This document shows, piece after piece, positions 15,926 through 24,582 of a stretch of DNA of 35,448 bases (position 1 is its first letter; each line of letters opens with the position of its first letter). The DNA comes from a virus (Duplodnaviria; Caudoviricetes): IMG/VR virus record IMGVR_UViG_3300046490_000097, positions 1 through 35,448 of that record, one strand, 5' to 3'. A program made the translations under genes and the position numbers. The notes beneath the pieces are model-generated. The model had not been told where the DNA came from and did not search any database. It saw nothing but the letters and a program-made list of their open reading frames with translations.

Positions 15926-16786
15926 ATGGCGATCGACAACTTCATCCCGGAGGTCTGGGCGAGCGAGCTGCTCGTGAACCTCAACAAGGCCCACGTCTAC
16001 GGCGCGCCGGGCGTCGTGAACCGCGACTACGAGGGCGAGATCACCGCCGGCGGCGACACGGTCCGCATCAACAGCATCGGCCGCGTGACGGTCGGCGACT
16101 ACACCAAGAACACGGACATCGCCGCCGCCGAGACCCTGACCGACGCCCAGGCCACGCTGCTCATCGACAAGCAGAAGTTCTTCAACTTCCAGATCGACGA
16201 CATCGACAAGGCCCAGCAGAACCCGAAGGTCATGGCCGCCGCGATGCGCGAGGCCGGGTACGGCCTCCGGAACGCCGTCGACACGGCGATCGCCGCGCTC
16301 TACGCGGACGCCGCGTCGGCCAACCTCATCGGCTCCACCGGCACCCCGAAGACGGACCTCGCGACCGCGGGCAAGCCGTACGAGTACCTGGTCGACCTCG
16401 GCGTCCTGCTCGACAACGCGGACGTCCCCGGCGACGGGCGCTTCGCCATCGTCCCGCCGTGGTTCGAGGGCTACATGCTCAAGGACGCGCGGTTCGTGGG
16501 CAACGGCACCGCCGAGAACACCGCGAACCTCTCGAACGGGCGCATCGGCCGGGCGGCCGGGTTCGACCTCTACAAGTCGACCAACGTCCCGTACGCCGCG
16601 GGCCCGATCAAGTACCGGGTGATCGCCGGCCACCCGATGGCGTGGTCCCTCGCGAGCCAGGTCACGAGCATGGAGGCCTACCGCCCCCAGGCCCGCTTCG
16701 CCGACGCGGTCAAGGGCCTCCTCGTCTTCGGCGCCAAGGTCGTCCGCCCGGACTGCCTGGCCGTCCTCACCGCCAACCCGACCTGA
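15926..16786 (+). CDS. Major capsid protein
   Basis: MAIDNFIPEVW...NRDYEGEI...GDTVRI...IDDIDKAQ...DAVKGLLVFGAKVVRP. Confidence 0.93.
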   Translation: MAIDNFIPEVWASELLVNLNKAHVYGAPGVVNRDYEGEITAGGDTVRINSIGRVTVGDYTKNTDIAAAETLTDAQATLLIDKQKFFNFQIDDIDKAQQNPKVMAAAMREAGYGLRNAVDTAIAALYADAASANLIGSTGTPKTDLATAGKPYEYLVDLGVLLDNADVPGDGRFAIVPPWFEGYMLKDARFVGNGTAENTANLSNGRIGRAAGFDLYKSTNVPYAAGPIKYRVIAGHPMAWSLASQVTSMEAYRPQARFADAVKGLLVFGAKVVRPDCLAVLTANPT

Positions 16787-16801
16787 TCGGGGAGCTGAGA
16801 C

Positions 16802-17206
16802 GTGGCAAACGCAACCGCCATCACCCTCACCGCCTGCGTCGCCAACGGCGCAGTCGCCCAGCCCGCCGTCGACACGCTCGACACGGGGACGGCCGCCGTC
16901 ACCCTGCCGCTCACCGTGGTCGGCAAGCCGGGCCGGGTCATCCTCGAGGTCAAGAACACGGCCGCCGCGGCGCTCAAGGTCGAGCTCCTCGCCGGCGACA
17001 ACCCGCCCGCCCTCCGGGCGGGCCTCGGGGACGCGATCCTCGTCGCGGCCGCCGCCCAGAACGAGGTGAACATCCTCGGCCCGTTCGAGTCGTCCCGGTT
17101 CGCCCAGAACGACGCGACCTCCAAGGGCCGTCTCGACGTGAAGTTCACCCCGGCCTCCGGGACCATCGGCGTGACGATCCGGGCCTACCGCCTCCCAACC
17201 GTCTGA
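16802..17206 (+). CDS. Virion protein, probable capsid decoration
   Basis: Beta-rich ORF immediately after the capsid gene; GGGAG RBS. Confidence 0.6.
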   Translation: MANATAITLTACVANGAVAQPAVDTLDTGTAAVTLPLTVVGKPGRVILEVKNTAAAALKVELLAGDNPPALRAGLGDAILVAAAAQNEVNILGPFESSRFAQNDATSKGRLDVKFTPASGTIGVTIRAYRLPTV

Positions 17207-17215
17207 ACCGGGCAC

Positions 17216-17242
17216 CCCGGCCGCTGGCCGCCAGCGGCCGGG
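17216..17242 (+). terminator. GC-rich hairpin without U-tract (terminator or mRNA-stabilising stem)
   Basis: CCCGGCCGCTGG-CCG-CCAGCGGCCGGG is a perfect 12-bp inverted repeat after the capsid genes. Confidence 0.65.
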
Positions 17243-17261
17243 ACCGCCCCAAGGAGGCGAC

Positions 17262-17633
17262 ATGGCCAACGACTACGACACCACGGCGCGCAACGTCGGG
17301 GTCGACGCCATCGCGTCGCTCGGCACCCGCTGGGCGCTGCACACCGCCGACCCCGGCGGCGCGAACAGCGCCTCGAGCGAGGTTACCGGCGGATCCCCGG
17401 CCTACGCCCGGAAGGCCGTCTCCTGGAACGCCGCGAGCGGCGGGTCGGCGACGCAGAACGGGGACGTCGTCCTCGACGTGCCCGCGGGGGCGTCGGTGAC
17501 CTACGTCTCCCTGTGGAACGCGGCGGGGACGGTGCGCTACCTCAAGAAGCTCGTGACCACTGAGACGTTCGGCGCCCAGGGCACCTACACGATCAAGGGG
17601 ACCACCAGCACGCTCGACCTCAACGACGCCTAG
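17262..17633 (+). CDS. Virion structural protein (fibre/minor structural type)
   Basis: ALHTADPG...EVTGGSPAYARKAVSW...VTYVSLW is a pattern recurrent in phage minor structural proteins; AAGGAGG RBS. Confidence 0.7.
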   Translation: MANDYDTTARNVGVDAIASLGTRWALHTADPGGANSASSEVTGGSPAYARKAVSWNAASGGSATQNGDVVLDVPAGASVTYVSLWNAAGTVRYLKKLVTTETFGAQGTYTIKGTTSTLDLNDA

Positions 17634-17650
17634 GACGGAAGGAAGACGAC

Positions 17651-18079
17651 ATGGCGATCAGCTCCCTCGCCCAGCGCACGAGCGTGTTCACGGCGACCAC
17701 GACGGCCAACACGCAGATCGCGCTCGCCGCGGCCACCCAGCGCCCCAAGCTGCTCGAGTTCTCCTACATCCAGCTCACGGCCGTCGCGAGCCAGATCGGC
17801 GTGGGCAGGCCGCAGGCGGTCGCGGGCACCCCGACCAACGTCCTCTTCCAGCGCGACGACCCCGGCGACCCGGCCTCGGTCACGAACGGCGCGGTCGCGT
17901 GGAGCACCAGCCCCACGGTCCCGCTGATCTACGCCCGCCGCTGGAACGGCACGCTCGCCTCGGTGGGCGTCGTCTGGACGTTCCCGCGCGGCCTCGTCGT
18001 CCCGGCGAGCGGCGCGCTTGTCTGCTGGAATGTGGCGACCACGGTTGCTGCCGATGTGAATGCAGTAATCGATGATTGA
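17651..18079 (+). CDS. Beta-rich virion protein
   Basis: Clean ORF with GGAAGG RBS inside the structural operon. Confidence 0.65.
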   Translation: MAISSLAQRTSVFTATTTANTQIALAAATQRPKLLEFSYIQLTAVASQIGVGRPQAVAGTPTNVLFQRDDPGDPASVTNGAVAWSTSPTVPLIYARRWNGTLASVGVVWTFPRGLVVPASGALVCWNVATTVAADVNAVIDD

Positions 18080-18617
18080 CGTGTTGCGGCCGGACGCCTC
18101 CGCGAGTCGCAAGTATCGTGCGGCTCATCCCGAGCGAGTCGCTGCCACCGGGCGGGCGTATCGGGCGCGGATCGCAGAGGACCCGACCTACCGCGAGCAC
18201 AAGAACGCCGCGCACCGGGCGTGGTACGCCGCCTACGTCGCCGAGCACCCGGACTATCTAGCCCGGAAGCGCGAAGCGGCCAGGCGGCACTCCGACGCGA
18301 ACCCGGAGACGGTCCGCGAGCAGCGTCGGGCCGCATCGAAGCGCTATTCGGAGAGTCATCCTCGCCACGGCGATCCGTCACGCCCCGGTAGGCGCGCCGC
18401 TGTTCTGGCGTTCTTCGGCGACGTGTGCTTCCTGTGCGGGTTCACGGATCCTCGGGCGCTCCAGGTGGACCACATCAACGGCGGCGGACACCGCGAACGC
18501 AGGGCGGGACTCGGGACCCTCAGCGAGCAGTACCGACTGGTCACCGAACGTCCCGACGAGGCCCGGGCGAAGTACCAGCTCCTCTGCGCCAACTGCAACA
18601 TCGTGAAGGGCCGCTGA
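18072..18617 (+). CDS. HNH endonuclease, homing-like insertion
   Basis: Basic helical N-terminus followed by CFLCG..DPRALQVDHINGGG...YQLLCANCN. Confidence 0.85.
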   Translation: MIDVLRPDASASRKYRAAHPERVAATGRAYRARIAEDPTYREHKNAAHRAWYAAYVAEHPDYLARKREAARRHSDANPETVREQRRAASKRYSESHPRHGDPSRPGRRAAVLAFFGDVCFLCGFTDPRALQVDHINGGGHRERRAGLGTLSEQYRLVTERPDEARAKYQLLCANCNIVKGR

Positions 18618-18618
18618 C

Positions 18619-18909
18619 ATGGCCGACCCCACGCCCCTCGACCGGATCGCGTACATCGCCGTCAGCCTGTACGGCGGCGGCGCCATGAGCATCAGCGGGA
18701 ACATCGGCGACAAGCGCCTGGCCCTCCAGATGCTCGACCACGCGCGCCACACGATCGCGGGGCAGCTCGAGCGGCACCCGGCCTCGGGCCTCCTCGTCCC
18801 CCCGAGGGACGTCGAGGTCTCCCCGGACCCGCGCTACCCGGCGCTCGTCGAGGCGGGCGACGTGCCGCCCCCCCTGCGCGCCCGCCTCCTCACGGACGCA
18901 CCGGCGTGA
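18619..18909 (+). CDS. Hypothetical protein
   Basis: ATG immediately after the upstream stop; GC3-rich codons. Confidence 0.7.
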   Translation: MADPTPLDRIAYIAVSLYGGGAMSISGNIGDKRLALQMLDHARHTIAGQLERHPASGLLVPPRDVEVSPDPRYPALVEAGDVPPPLRARLLTDAPA

Positions 18910-19391
18910 GCACCCTCCTCGGCGGCGAGTCGGGCCAGGCGGGCGTCGGCATGTTCCGCTGGAACGACGACCGGCTCAACCCGCAGTGGTTCGACTTCGA
19001 CGACCAGCGCACGTGCCCGAGGGACGCCGCCTGGAGCAACGTCGGATTCGCCACCGAGTTCTGGCCGGGCGGCCTCGGCATGGACGCGAGCGGCGGGGAG
19101 CTCCTCTCGGCGGTCTGGTCCGGGCAGCCCGAGTACGCCTCCGGGGCGTCGGGCTTCTACGGGATCGCCGGCGTGACGCGCGACGTCTACGGGACCGTCA
19201 TCACCGGCGCGCTCGTCCGCCTGTTCCGGACGAGCGACAGCCTCCTGGTCGCGACGGTGGTGTCCGACGCGGTGGACGGCGAGTTCATGCTGCCCACGCC
19301 CTACTACCCGGACGCGCACTACGTCGTCGCCTCGAAGTCGGGCACCCCGGACGTGGCCGGGACCTCCGTCCAGACGCTGGTGGCGGGCTGA
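18906..19391 (+). CDS. Virion protein with C-terminal prealbumin/carboxypeptidase-regulatory-like beta domain
   Basis: IAGVTRDVYGTVITGALVRLFRT...VATVVSD..DGEF. Confidence 0.6.
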   Translation: MSTLLGGESGQAGVGMFRWNDDRLNPQWFDFDDQRTCPRDAAWSNVGFATEFWPGGLGMDASGGELLSAVWSGQPEYASGASGFYGIAGVTRDVYGTVITGALVRLFRTSDSLLVATVVSDAVDGEFMLPTPYYPDAHYVVASKSGTPDVAGTSVQTLVAG

Positions 19392-19392
19392 C

Positions 19393-20508
19393 ATGCCCGA
19401 CGTCCGGCTCCGTCCCGCAGGGCTCCCCGGAGACGTCGCGCTCGTCGCGGGCGAGGCGCCCGACCGCCTGACGCTCACGCTGGGCGCCGGAACGATGCCG
19501 GACGTGCGCATGGGCGCGCAGCACGACGAGGCCCCGGTGCAGGCCGCCGCCGGCGCCGCCCGCACGGCATCGGTCGCCGCGACGGGCGCGGGCGTGACGT
19601 CGATTGTCGAGGCGACGGGAAGGTACCGGGCCGCGTCGGCCACTGGCGGCGGGGTTGCCGCCGAGACGGCCGCGAGGGGCGCGGTGTCCGCCATCGGCCT
19701 GACCGGCGGCGGCGTGTCCGCCGTGGACGGCGTCAAGGCGATCGCCGCCGAGAACCACAACGCCTCGATCGCGGCCACAGGCGGCGGCGTGCTCGCTCCG
19801 ACCCTCCGCTCGCAGCGGACGCGGGTCCTCTCCGGAACCGCCTCGGGCGTGGCCGCCGTCGCGGACTCGACGACCAGGGCCGCGTCCGCGGCCTCCACGG
19901 GCGGCGGGGTCGCCGCCGTCCTCCGGTCCACGTCGCGCACGTCGGCCCCGGCTGCGACGGGCGGCGGAGTCACGTCCGCCAGCGCCCGGTCCGCGCACCT
20001 CCTCGCGGCGGTCCTCTCCGGAGGCGGCGTCCTTACCCACGTCGAGGCGACCGCGCGAAGGGCGTCGACATCAGCCGCCGGCGGCGGTCTCGTCTCGGTC
20101 GACGGCGTCAAGCAGATCCCGACCGTCAACCGGGACGCCAGCGTCGCCGCGACGGGCGCCGGGACGGCCCACGCCGCGGCGACGACGCGTCGGGCGGTCG
20201 ACACCTCGGCCTCGGCCGGCGGCCGGGCGGCCCCGTCAATCCTGTCCGCGCGCCTGCTGGCGATCGCCCTGTCCGGGTCGGGCGCCGCGTCCGTCCCCGG
20301 GAGCAGCGGACGGCTCGGGGACCTGTCCGCCACGGGCGGCGGGGTCGCGGGGCTCGACGCCCTCGCCGCCGCCGCGCTCGGCCTGCCGGCCGTCCTGCGC
20401 ATCGTCCCGTCCGCCGCCGGGAGCGCCCGCGTCGTCGGACCGCCCGGCCTGTCGGTCGCGTCAATCCCCGACTCCCCCGTCATCACGAGCGCGAGGCTGG
20501 TTGCATGA
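19393..20508 (+). CDS. Ala/Gly/Thr-rich repetitive fibre-like protein
   Basis: About 13 copies of an (A/S)TGGGV-like motif, mostly about 16 aa apart. Confidence 0.65.
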   Translation: MPDVRLRPAGLPGDVALVAGEAPDRLTLTLGAGTMPDVRMGAQHDEAPVQAAAGAARTASVAATGAGVTSIVEATGRYRAASATGGGVAAETAARGAVSAIGLTGGGVSAVDGVKAIAAENHNASIAATGGGVLAPTLRSQRTRVLSGTASGVAAVADSTTRAASAASTGGGVAAVLRSTSRTSAPAATGGGVTSASARSAHLLAAVLSGGGVLTHVEATARRASTSAAGGGLVSVDGVKQIPTVNRDASVAATGAGTAHAAATTRRAVDTSASAGGRAAPSILSARLLAIALSGSGAASVPGSSGRLGDLSATGGGVAGLDALAAAALGLPAVLRIVPSAAGSARVVGPPGLSVASIPDSPVITSARLVA

Positions 20509-21404
20509 GGCACCTCGAGATCGACGTCGCGAACACGGCCGAGCTGCTCGCCGCCGAGGCGTACGGCGCGGGCGCGCTGCTCCGCTGGGAGCGGTCCGCG
20601 GCCGAGGCAGGACCGTACGCCGAGGGCGGCACGGCCGCGCTCGTGCCCGGGACCGAGCTGTACGACGTCTGGGACGCGGCGGGCGTCGAGACGACCTGGT
20701 ACCGGACCCGGGTGAGCGACGCGGCCGGGACGACGTTCAGCGCCTACTCGGCCCCGCGCTCGCCGGTCACCTCGCTCGTGTCGCCCGCCGAGGTCCGGGC
20801 GCTCGTCCAGTCACGGCTGTCCGACGCGGACCTCCAGGCCGTCATCGACCGCGAGGAGGCGGCGCTGGCGCGGCTGGTCGGCCCGCTGGCGGGGGAGCGG
20901 ACGCAGACGTGGTTCGTCGGCGACGCGTCCGGCCCGTGGCCCGTCTACGGGTTCGACCCGCCCGGCGGCTTCGACGCCGTCCACAGGGGCGCCCGCGTCG
21001 CGTCCGACCGCATGGCGCCGCTCATGCTCCTGCGCCCGGCGGACTCGGCAGGGGTCGTGGACGGCAGCACGGCGGTGGACCCGCAGGACGTCCGCCTGAT
21101 CCGCAACGGCACCCAGCTCGAGCGGGCGAGCGGCGGGTGGAACGGCCCGGTCGTGGCCGCGACCTACACGCCCAACGACAGGGCCGAGGTCGTCCGCGTC
21201 GTGATCGCCCTGTGCCGCCTCACGCTCGGCGACACCGGGTACGCCTCCGAGACGATCGGCGACTACAGCTACGCCCGGTCCGAGAGCGTCACGGACCTCC
21301 GGCGGGCGCTGGCCCGGTCGCTGGGGACGGCCCCGCGGCGGGGCACGGTCGCCGTCCGCACGTCGAGCGACACGGCGCGCGTCGGAACGGTGGCGGCCCC
21401 GTGA
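20505..21404 (+). CDS. Head-tail adaptor with extra N-terminal domain
   Basis: LVSPAEVRAL..S.LSDADLQ.VI...E and SETIGDYSY are adaptor-type motifs, preceded by about 85 additional aa. Confidence 0.7.
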   Translation: MRHLEIDVANTAELLAAEAYGAGALLRWERSAAEAGPYAEGGTAALVPGTELYDVWDAAGVETTWYRTRVSDAAGTTFSAYSAPRSPVTSLVSPAEVRALVQSRLSDADLQAVIDREEAALARLVGPLAGERTQTWFVGDASGPWPVYGFDPPGGFDAVHRGARVASDRMAPLMLLRPADSAGVVDGSTAVDPQDVRLIRNGTQLERASGGWNGPVVAATYTPNDRAEVVRVVIALCRLTLGDTGYASETIGDYSYARSESVTDLRRALARSLGTAPRRGTVAVRTSSDTARVGTVAAP

Positions 21405-21730
21405 GCTTCGACGACCTGCTCAACGCCGAGCTCGTGGTCTACCGCAACGTCGCGTCCGGGACCCTCGACGACTACGGCCAGCCGGCCTCCACCGCCGAGG
21501 TACTCGTCGCCGTGCGCGGCCGGATCCGCCCGCGCACGGCCCGCGAGGTGCCGCTGGCGAGCCAGGCGGGCGCCGCGGTCTCGACGCACGTCGGCGACCT
21601 GTACCCGGTCGCCGGGATCACGACGGCGTGCTGGATCGAGTCGGGCGGGGTCCGCTACGACATCACCGGCATCAGCGACGCCGCGGGCGCCGGCCACCAC
21701 CTGGTGCTCGACCTCGCGGCGGTCGCGTGA
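21401..21730 (+). CDS. Head closure/stopper protein
   Basis: DDYGQP...GRIRP...GVRYDITGI.D..G..HHL.L. Confidence 0.8.
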   Translation: MSFDDLLNAELVVYRNVASGTLDDYGQPASTAEVLVAVRGRIRPRTAREVPLASQAGAAVSTHVGDLYPVAGITTACWIESGGVRYDITGISDAAGAGHHLVLDLAAVA

Positions 21731-22293
21731 TGGTCAGCCCGAAGGCGCCCAGCGCCAAGCTCGTCGCCAGGCGCGGGGCGCAGATCGTCATGAACAAGGC
21801 CGCGGTGGACCAGCTCTACGCGGGCATGGCCGACGGGCTCGTCCAGCTCGGCGACAGGGTCGTCGCCGACGCGTCCCGCGGCCCGGGGGGATCGGGCCCG
21901 GGCTCCCTGCGCGACCCGGCCGCGGCGGCCGAGCACGGCGTCCCGATGATGCTCGACACGGGATCCGTCACGGTCTGGGGCCCGGTGGACGGCAGGAGCA
22001 GGCTGCTCCACGGGAGCGCCGACGTCGCCGCGTCGAAGAACAAGCCGAGGGGGCTCAGGGTGCCGCCCGACCAGGTCGTCATGGTCGTCGCGTTCGGCTC
22101 CCCGCTCTCGCACTTCGCCGAGCTCGGGACGATCGCGGAGCCCGCCCGGCCGTTCCTGACGCCCGCCCTGCTGTCGAACGTCGCCAACGCCGCGCCGTAC
22201 GTCCAGGGCGCCATGTCGAGGCGCGCCGCCAGCGCCCCGAGGCGGGCGGCCGCCGGCGCCGCCATCAGGGCCCGCGCGGGGGGTGCAGGATGA
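21730..22293 (+). CDS. HK97 gp10-like tail completion protein
   Basis: HFAELGT..EPARPFLTPAL. Confidence 0.8.
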   Translation: MVSPKAPSAKLVARRGAQIVMNKAAVDQLYAGMADGLVQLGDRVVADASRGPGGSGPGSLRDPAAAAEHGVPMMLDTGSVTVWGPVDGRSRLLHGSADVAASKNKPRGLRVPPDQVVMVVAFGSPLSHFAELGTIAEPARPFLTPALLSNVANAAPYVQGAMSRRAASAPRRAAAGAAIRARAGGAG

Positions 22294-22712
22294 GCCTCGC
22301 CGACCCCACCGGCAAGCTCCTCACCGACATCCGCGACGACGCGGGGGTGTCGGCGATCACGGCGCGCGTCCGCGCCGGGGAGGCCGCCCCGGGAGACGCG
22401 CTGGGTCCCGGCAAGTGGCAGCCGTTCGTCGTCCTCGCGCGCCTCGGGCACACCCGCCTGCCCCACGCTCCCGTGCAGGGCGTCCGCTACGTCGCCCGGT
22501 GCTACGGCGTGACGCGCCAGGGGGCGACGGCCCTCGCGGCGGCGGTGTCGGACGCCGTCCACGCCCGCGGCCACCGGATCAGCGGAGGCGGGGTGTCCAT
22601 CTTCGGCTCCCTCGACGACGGCGGCGGCGGCTCGGACACCGACCCCGGCACCGGGCAGCCCGTCGAGTACCTGTTCATCGAGGTGTCCGCCCTGGCGAGC
22701 CTCGTCCCGTGA
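22290..22712 (+). CDS. Tail terminator protein
   Basis: Position before the tail tube gene; PFVVL...RCYG.T...A.ALA.AV.DA. Confidence 0.7.
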   Translation: MSLADPTGKLLTDIRDDAGVSAITARVRAGEAAPGDALGPGKWQPFVVLARLGHTRLPHAPVQGVRYVARCYGVTRQGATALAAAVSDAVHARGHRISGGGVSIFGSLDDGGGGSDTDPGTGQPVEYLFIEVSALASLVP

Positions 22713-22812
22713 CCGCCTATCGGTAGCCATCCCCTATCCGCCGTCCCCGCCCAGGCGGGTGCGGGACCAGTCATCCGGGGCCACGGCCCCGGGCAGCGAG
22801 AGGACAGGAACC

Positions 22813-23841
22813 ATGACCGCGATCGACCCCAGCGCCATCTTCAGCGGCGCGCCCGTGAGCATCACATTCGGCGGCGTGGACTGCGGGTCCACGACGGCCG
22901 TCCCGAAGCTCGGCATCGACGTGACCTCGGGCGCCCCCGAGTTCACCAACGCCGGCGGCCCCGTGAAGGGCACCCGCGGCATCCGCAAGATCGTCCCCAC
23001 GATCGAGCTGACCGTCAACGAGCTGACCGCGCAGAAGATCGCGTGGGCGATGCCCGGCGCGACGGCGACGTCGTCGGCGTCCCTCGGCCAGACCCTCGCC
23101 GGCCTCGACACCACCCTGGCGGCCGACCCGGCGCTCGGGGCGACCAACGTCAAGGTGACGAGCGTCACCACCGTCACGGTCGGCCAGTTCGTCCACATCG
23201 GCCCCCCGGCCGGCGCCACGGAGGCCAACTCCGAGGTCGTGCGCGTCCTCACCGTCGGCACGACCGGCGGCGGCGGCACCGGCCTCGACATCGAGAACGA
23301 CGGCGGCACCGGCCTCCGCATCGACCACGCCAACGCCGAGCAGATCAAGACCGTCAACGGGACGATCCTGTCGGCACCCGCCGCGGCCGGATCGGTCAAC
23401 GTCAGGGTCGACAGCGTCGCCGCACTCGCGATCGGCGACTTCGTCCGCATCGGCTACCTCGGCCACTACGAGACCCGCCAGCTGACCGCGGTCGGCACGG
23501 CGCTCGCCGGCGGCACGGGGATCACCTTCGCGACCCCGCTCACCCGCGACCACGGCCTCGACGAGTGGGTCGTCGAGGTCACCGCGCTCGGCGGGACCAC
23601 CATCCGGCCGGTCATCGGCCGCATCGCCTCGGCCGACTACAAGGACCTCGTCCTGACCGAGGTCGGCGCGGACGGCCGGACGATGGTCGTCACGCTAGAG
23701 AACGCGGTCAGCGCCGAGAGCCAGTCGCTCGACTTCGACGACGACCCGGCCAAGCCGCTCGGCCTGGCGCTGAAGTTCACCGGCCACTACGGGTCGGCCA
23801 CGCCGACCCAGGTCCCGCTCACCGTCGTGATGAGCGCCTAG
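22813..23841 (+). CDS. Major tail (tube) protein with internal tandem accessory domains
   Basis: Tube-like N- and C-terminal parts (FGGVDCGST; VVTLENAV...LKFTGHY) are split by two repeats; precedes the tail chaperones. Confidence 0.8.
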   Translation: MTAIDPSAIFSGAPVSITFGGVDCGSTTAVPKLGIDVTSGAPEFTNAGGPVKGTRGIRKIVPTIELTVNELTAQKIAWAMPGATATSSASLGQTLAGLDTTLAADPALGATNVKVTSVTTVTVGQFVHIGPPAGATEANSEVVRVLTVGTTGGGGTGLDIENDGGTGLRIDHANAEQIKTVNGTILSAPAAAGSVNVRVDSVAALAIGDFVRIGYLGHYETRQLTAVGTALAGGTGITFATPLTRDHGLDEWVVEVTALGGTTIRPVIGRIASADYKDLVLTEVGADGRTMVVTLENAVSAESQSLDFDDDPAKPLGLALKFTGHYGSATPTQVPLTVVMSA

Positions 23842-23845
23842 CCCG

Positions 23846-24328
23846 ATGGACAGCCGAAGCCCTGAGGACGTCCTGGCGGGCGTCCTCAGGATCTCGGTCG
23901 GGGGCGTCGAGAAGATCGTCCCGACGCTGCCGATCCGCGCGACCCGCGAGTGGCAGGCATCTCTGGCGGAGGGGCCGGGCGCCTTCACGCCCGCCGACGC
24001 CGACGACTGGACGCCCGTGGAGGCCTCGGAGTTCTCCGGCCTCGCGCTGGAGGCGGTCCTCGGCATCGTCGTGTCCTACGACCGCACCGGCGCGCTCGGC
24101 GGCCGGGAGTGGCTCGAGGAGCACGCCGACCCGGCGCAGATCTACGCGGCCGCGGGCCAGATGGCGGACGTCGCGTTCCCTTTCGCGGACGACACGAGGG
24201 TGCTTCTGGCCGCCCTGGTGGCCCGGTCGGTCGTCGGGTCGGTCGCCCCGAGCTCTACGAGTGGGCGCTCTCGAAGTGGGGCCTCGACCCGCGGGCGCTC
24301 GAAGACCGCCTCGACGCGAGCCAGCTGA
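23846..24328 (+). CDS. Tail assembly chaperone (G-like)
   Basis: Lies between the tube and tape measure genes and contains a slippery heptamer. Confidence 0.8.
   Translation: MDSRSPEDVLAGVLRISVGGVEKIVPTLPIRATREWQASLAEGPGAFTPADADDWTPVEASEFSGLALEAVLGIVVSYDRTGALGGREWLEEHADPAQIYAAAGQMADVAFPFADDTRVLLAALVARSVVGSVAPSSTSGRSRSGASTRGRSKTASTRAS
24178..24184 (+). promoter_or_regulatory. Programmed -1 frameshift site C CCT TTC
   Basis: X XXY YYZ in the chaperone frame; the -1 frame stays open to 24582. Confidence 0.75.
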
Positions 24329-24582
24329 CGATGCTCTGGGAGGCCGGCCAGGAGCGCATCACCCGGGAGGGCCGGGAGCGGCTCGCCGAGCGGTTCGCCG
24401 CCGCGCGCGACGCCCACCTCGACGTCCTCGTGTCCACGGGCGCGGTCAAGGCCCGGGGCGCCTGGCGGCTTCCGGCCTACGCCCGATCGGAGGCGCCGCA
24501 GGAGCTCCGCTCCCCCGCGGAGCGGGACCGCGCGCTCCTCCGGCTCGGGATGATGTTCCCAGGCATGGTGAGGGTCGACTGA
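24181..24582 (+). CDS. Frameshifted chaperone extension (GT-like product, 23846..24582)
   Basis: The -1 frame reads ...ELYEWALSKWGLDP...VRVD*, has no obvious start of its own, and its stop overlaps the TMP ATG. Confidence 0.75.
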   Translation, partial: FRGRHEGASGRPGGPVGRRVGRPELYEWALSKWGLDPRALEDRLDASQLTMLWEAGQERITREGRERLAERFAAARDAHLDVLVSTGAVKARGAWRLPAYARSEAPQELRSPAERDRALLRLGMMFPGMVRVD

